This document shows, one piece after another, positions 61,291 to 64,000 of a stretch of DNA of 64,000 bases (its first letter is position 1; the number at the start of each line of letters is the position of its first letter). The notes under the pieces are model-generated. The model worked only from the letters and a program-made list of their open reading frames with translations. It was not told where the DNA came from and did not search any database. Origin of the DNA: Isurus oxyrinchus (taxonomy: Eukaryota); contig JANJGN010000003.1 in assembly GCA_026770705.1 (NCBI GenBank), positions 115,382,001 through 115,446,000 of the forward strand, read 5' to 3'. The translations under genes and the position numbers were made by a program.

Positions 61291-62581
61291 TCTATGCTCC
61301 AACTCTAAAGCAGAAAACCTTTGTTGGGAACAAATGAGGACGAATCCAAGTTGTAGTGGTTTCTGCATAATATGGTTATCCCCTGACTAGAGATCTAATG
61401 GGTTTCTAAATTGGTCCCAATCCAAATTTTTGGGCTGTTATTTTCTAGACATAGTTTTTGCAAACCTCAAATTATGGAAGTATTGGAATCATTATTCTAA
61501 CTGAGGAACACTTGCATAAACTCTTTTGTGTTATTACCAACCAAGGAATTCCAAACTAAAATGTATGAAAATGAATGCACAGTGTATAAGTAATGAAAAA
61601 GAAAGAGGCATTGATTATGAAATCATTACATAATAACTGAATCACAGCTGCAGCTATGATAGGATTGACAATAAAATGTATCTAGATATATAATTCTAGG
61701 AGAACTAGAGAAGGAAGAAAGGGAGGTGAGGCAGGGCATTAATTGGAATCAGCCTTAATGTTCTACAATTTAAAGATTTAAAGATTGGAGGAGTGGTCCA
61801 AATTGAGCTGAGAAATGGCATGGATTTGCTTTTTCTACTGCAATATGCAATGCATCTACATTACTGAGTTTCTTTTGGACCAGCCATGGCTGCACCAACT
61901 AGCTCTTTTTTAGTTTTGTTTTCTGTAAATATCATTTGTATTCACCTCATGTCCGATGGCAGAATCATCATCTGATTAAGACAGTGAGAAATGCCATTTC
62001 CAAAGTATTATGCTCCAGGTGCAGTCTCCAGGTCTTTTATTCTGAATGATTATAATATGTTTGGTGGCTTTCTTTCCTCAGAGTCTATCATAGCCTACCA
62101 TTCCACTGCAGATGAGCACCTGAAAAATATGATACACAGTCAATAGACCCAAGCTGCACTGCAGACTGCAGCTTGCTTAAGGTCACATTGAGCTCAGCAA
62201 TAAGACACCTCTACACATCCTTGTATGTGACTTCAATCCCAAACTACTTACTCTGTAATATTAGACGAACACAGGCAGTAAGAATGCCTTTTTTCCAACA
62301 CAAAAAAGACTTAAGCTGGGGTGTAAAACGTGACTAGTTATCCTGTACCAATTGCAAAATCTAAATGGTGTGAAATTACCTGCCTTCCACCTTTCAGTTT
62401 CAGTCTGTTTGATCTAAAATCCTAAACTGACTCCCAAGTTATTCTTTAGTGTCAGTTTGGTTGGAAATCACTTTGCATCCATGCAGAAGGAGAAACACAA
62501 TGGCAGACTAAGTTAATTCTTAGATTATTGTCTGTTATGTCTTACCATGGGGTCACTTTATCTGTCAGCAGACTGGTTGAT

Positions 62582-64000
62582 TACAATATACTGCAGACGC
62601 AGAGACCAATATGAAATGAAGCACGTACTATTTATTTACACAAACAACAGAGCACTAACATGATGTGTTCTTCTCCAGCCAGACCCTACTCTAACCTAAC
62701 ATTAACATGGTAGCCCGTGCTACACAGCCATTGGGTCCTACAGTCACGAAGTCAATTTGCTCACATTCTTTTAAAGGTGTATTACACCTCAGATTACCAC
62801 ATCCCTCCCCCTTTACTTGAAAGTACATTTTACAATATGTTAACTATTTACATAAATTAACCATTTACAAATTCAGTCTCTCAGGAGGCTTTTTCAAATG
62901 TGTCGACCATCATAGTTCTACAACTTTGGATGGTTTATCTGAGGCCTCTCTCTCAGGAGGAACCGGTAAGTTTGCCTCTTCAATTCTCTCAGATTCAACG
63001 GATCCTACAGGTACTTCCAAAGCAAGAGGAGTTCCTTCTACATGTGGTGTAGACTCCAACAGGAATGTTTTCACCCTCTTTCAGGCCCCATCGCATGTAC
63101 TCCTGCTGCCCCTCCCTCCAAGTTCAAGAATATGAAGGGCAACTGTGAGGAAAATTTTGAGAATCAGGATATTGGGCAAGGCTAAATTTAACACAGAATG
63201 ATCAGCTGCCTGCTGTGTGAAAAAAAAATTCGGGGCCTTGATAGTAATTTCACTTTCTCTTCCTACGTGTCTTCTTTTGATGGGCTTTCTTCTTGGCAGC
63301 ACTGACTTTAGTCTCGGCTTCCTCTTCAACTTCCCTATTGGCCAGACTGGGCTCAGGTGTGAGCTCAACTTGAGTGAACTCGGCAGTTGAGTCTTCCAGC
63401 ATTTCCTCATCTGTCAGCTCCTTTGAAAAGTCAGGGATCTTTAGTTTTAAGGCTTCTTGGTTTTCATGTAACTGATTCTTCAGCTCTTACATTTCTTTTT
63501 TATATTTGTTAGTTGTTTCCTGGAGAATTAAGTATTGTTGCGCTTTCTCAGCTAATTTATTCTTCATCTCAGCCAGAAACATGCTAAATTCTTTCTGTTC
63601 TTCCTCATATATTTTTAGTGGTACAAATTGGAATCTGAGGGAATCTTGCAATATGTGAAAGTCCTTCAGCAGATTCTCTCTTTCTTTTTGGAGGTTACTG
63701 ATTTCAGCTCGAAATCTGTCCTGAAGCATCAGCTCTACAAGTTCCTTTTATTGAGTATTTACATGCTCCTTTCCCAAACAGCAATATTTCCTGCTCCTGA
63801 TTGAGATTGCAGTTATACCCTTTACACTTATGTCTTCCCCAGTATCTGTCTTTAGTCTAGTATCCGAGTTTTCCAGCTTTAATGAGTGGCCTCCTCCATT
63901 CAGATAAACGTGTGTTCCCCTATGACTGTCGTGGATGTGCCTGTATCCACCTCCATTCGAATGAGTTTTCTGTTGACTTCTACTGTCACGTAGATTAGCT
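62582..64000 (-). mobile_element. Second Gypsy derivative with a different LTR: protease, coiled-coil cargo, PPT, 3' LTR (runs off the window)
   Basis: Minus strand reads RMEVDTGTSTTVIGEHTF. PPT AAAGGGGAGGGA, then an LTR starting TGTGGT at 62801. The LTR end is approximate. Confidence 0.8.
63250..63800 (-). pseudogene. Coiled-coil cargo ORF remnant, UACA-like, with a basic C-terminal tail
   Basis: QFVPLKIYEEEQKEFSMFLAEMKNKLAEKAQQYLILQETTNKYKKEM*ELKNQL...KKKAHQKKTRRKRK*. Confidence 0.6.

Noticed and set aside
61944-62120. Minus-strand exon-like segment with a TTTTTCAG acceptor and GAG|GTGAAT donor
   Set aside because: Stops in all three frames and no supporting neighbouring exons.
63487-63729. 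Exon of a host UACA-family gene
   Set aside because: Embedded between a Gypsy protease and PPT/LTR, has in-frame stops and no convincing splice sites. Treated as element cargo.

Overview
No intact host gene is visible. The window is a deeply nested pile of transposable elements from an AT-rich vertebrate genome; the repeat families suggest a cartilaginous fish, which is inference. Contents: several CR1/L2 LINE fragments, tRNA-derived SINEs, PIF/Harbinger elements (HARBI1-like transposase plus Myb/SANT partner) and their MITEs, Gypsy-type LTR elements and solo LTRs with 4-bp TSDs, and a Gmr1-type Gypsy. The only long intact ORF is in a young Penelope-like element (37501-42012, 13-bp TSD). It encodes RT plus GIY-YIG, has direct and inverted pseudo-LTRs with hammerhead ribozyme motifs, and carries a nonsense codon shared by both copies of the endonuclease end. 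Most notable: two Gypsy elements with dissimilar LTRs each have RT/RNaseH/IN replaced, right after the protease, by the same homologous coiled-coil cargo resembling UACA. Also notable are a tRNA-Thr-derived SINE with a tandem tail and a 104-bp ribozyme-only insertion. Coordinates were read by eye and may be off by a few bases.
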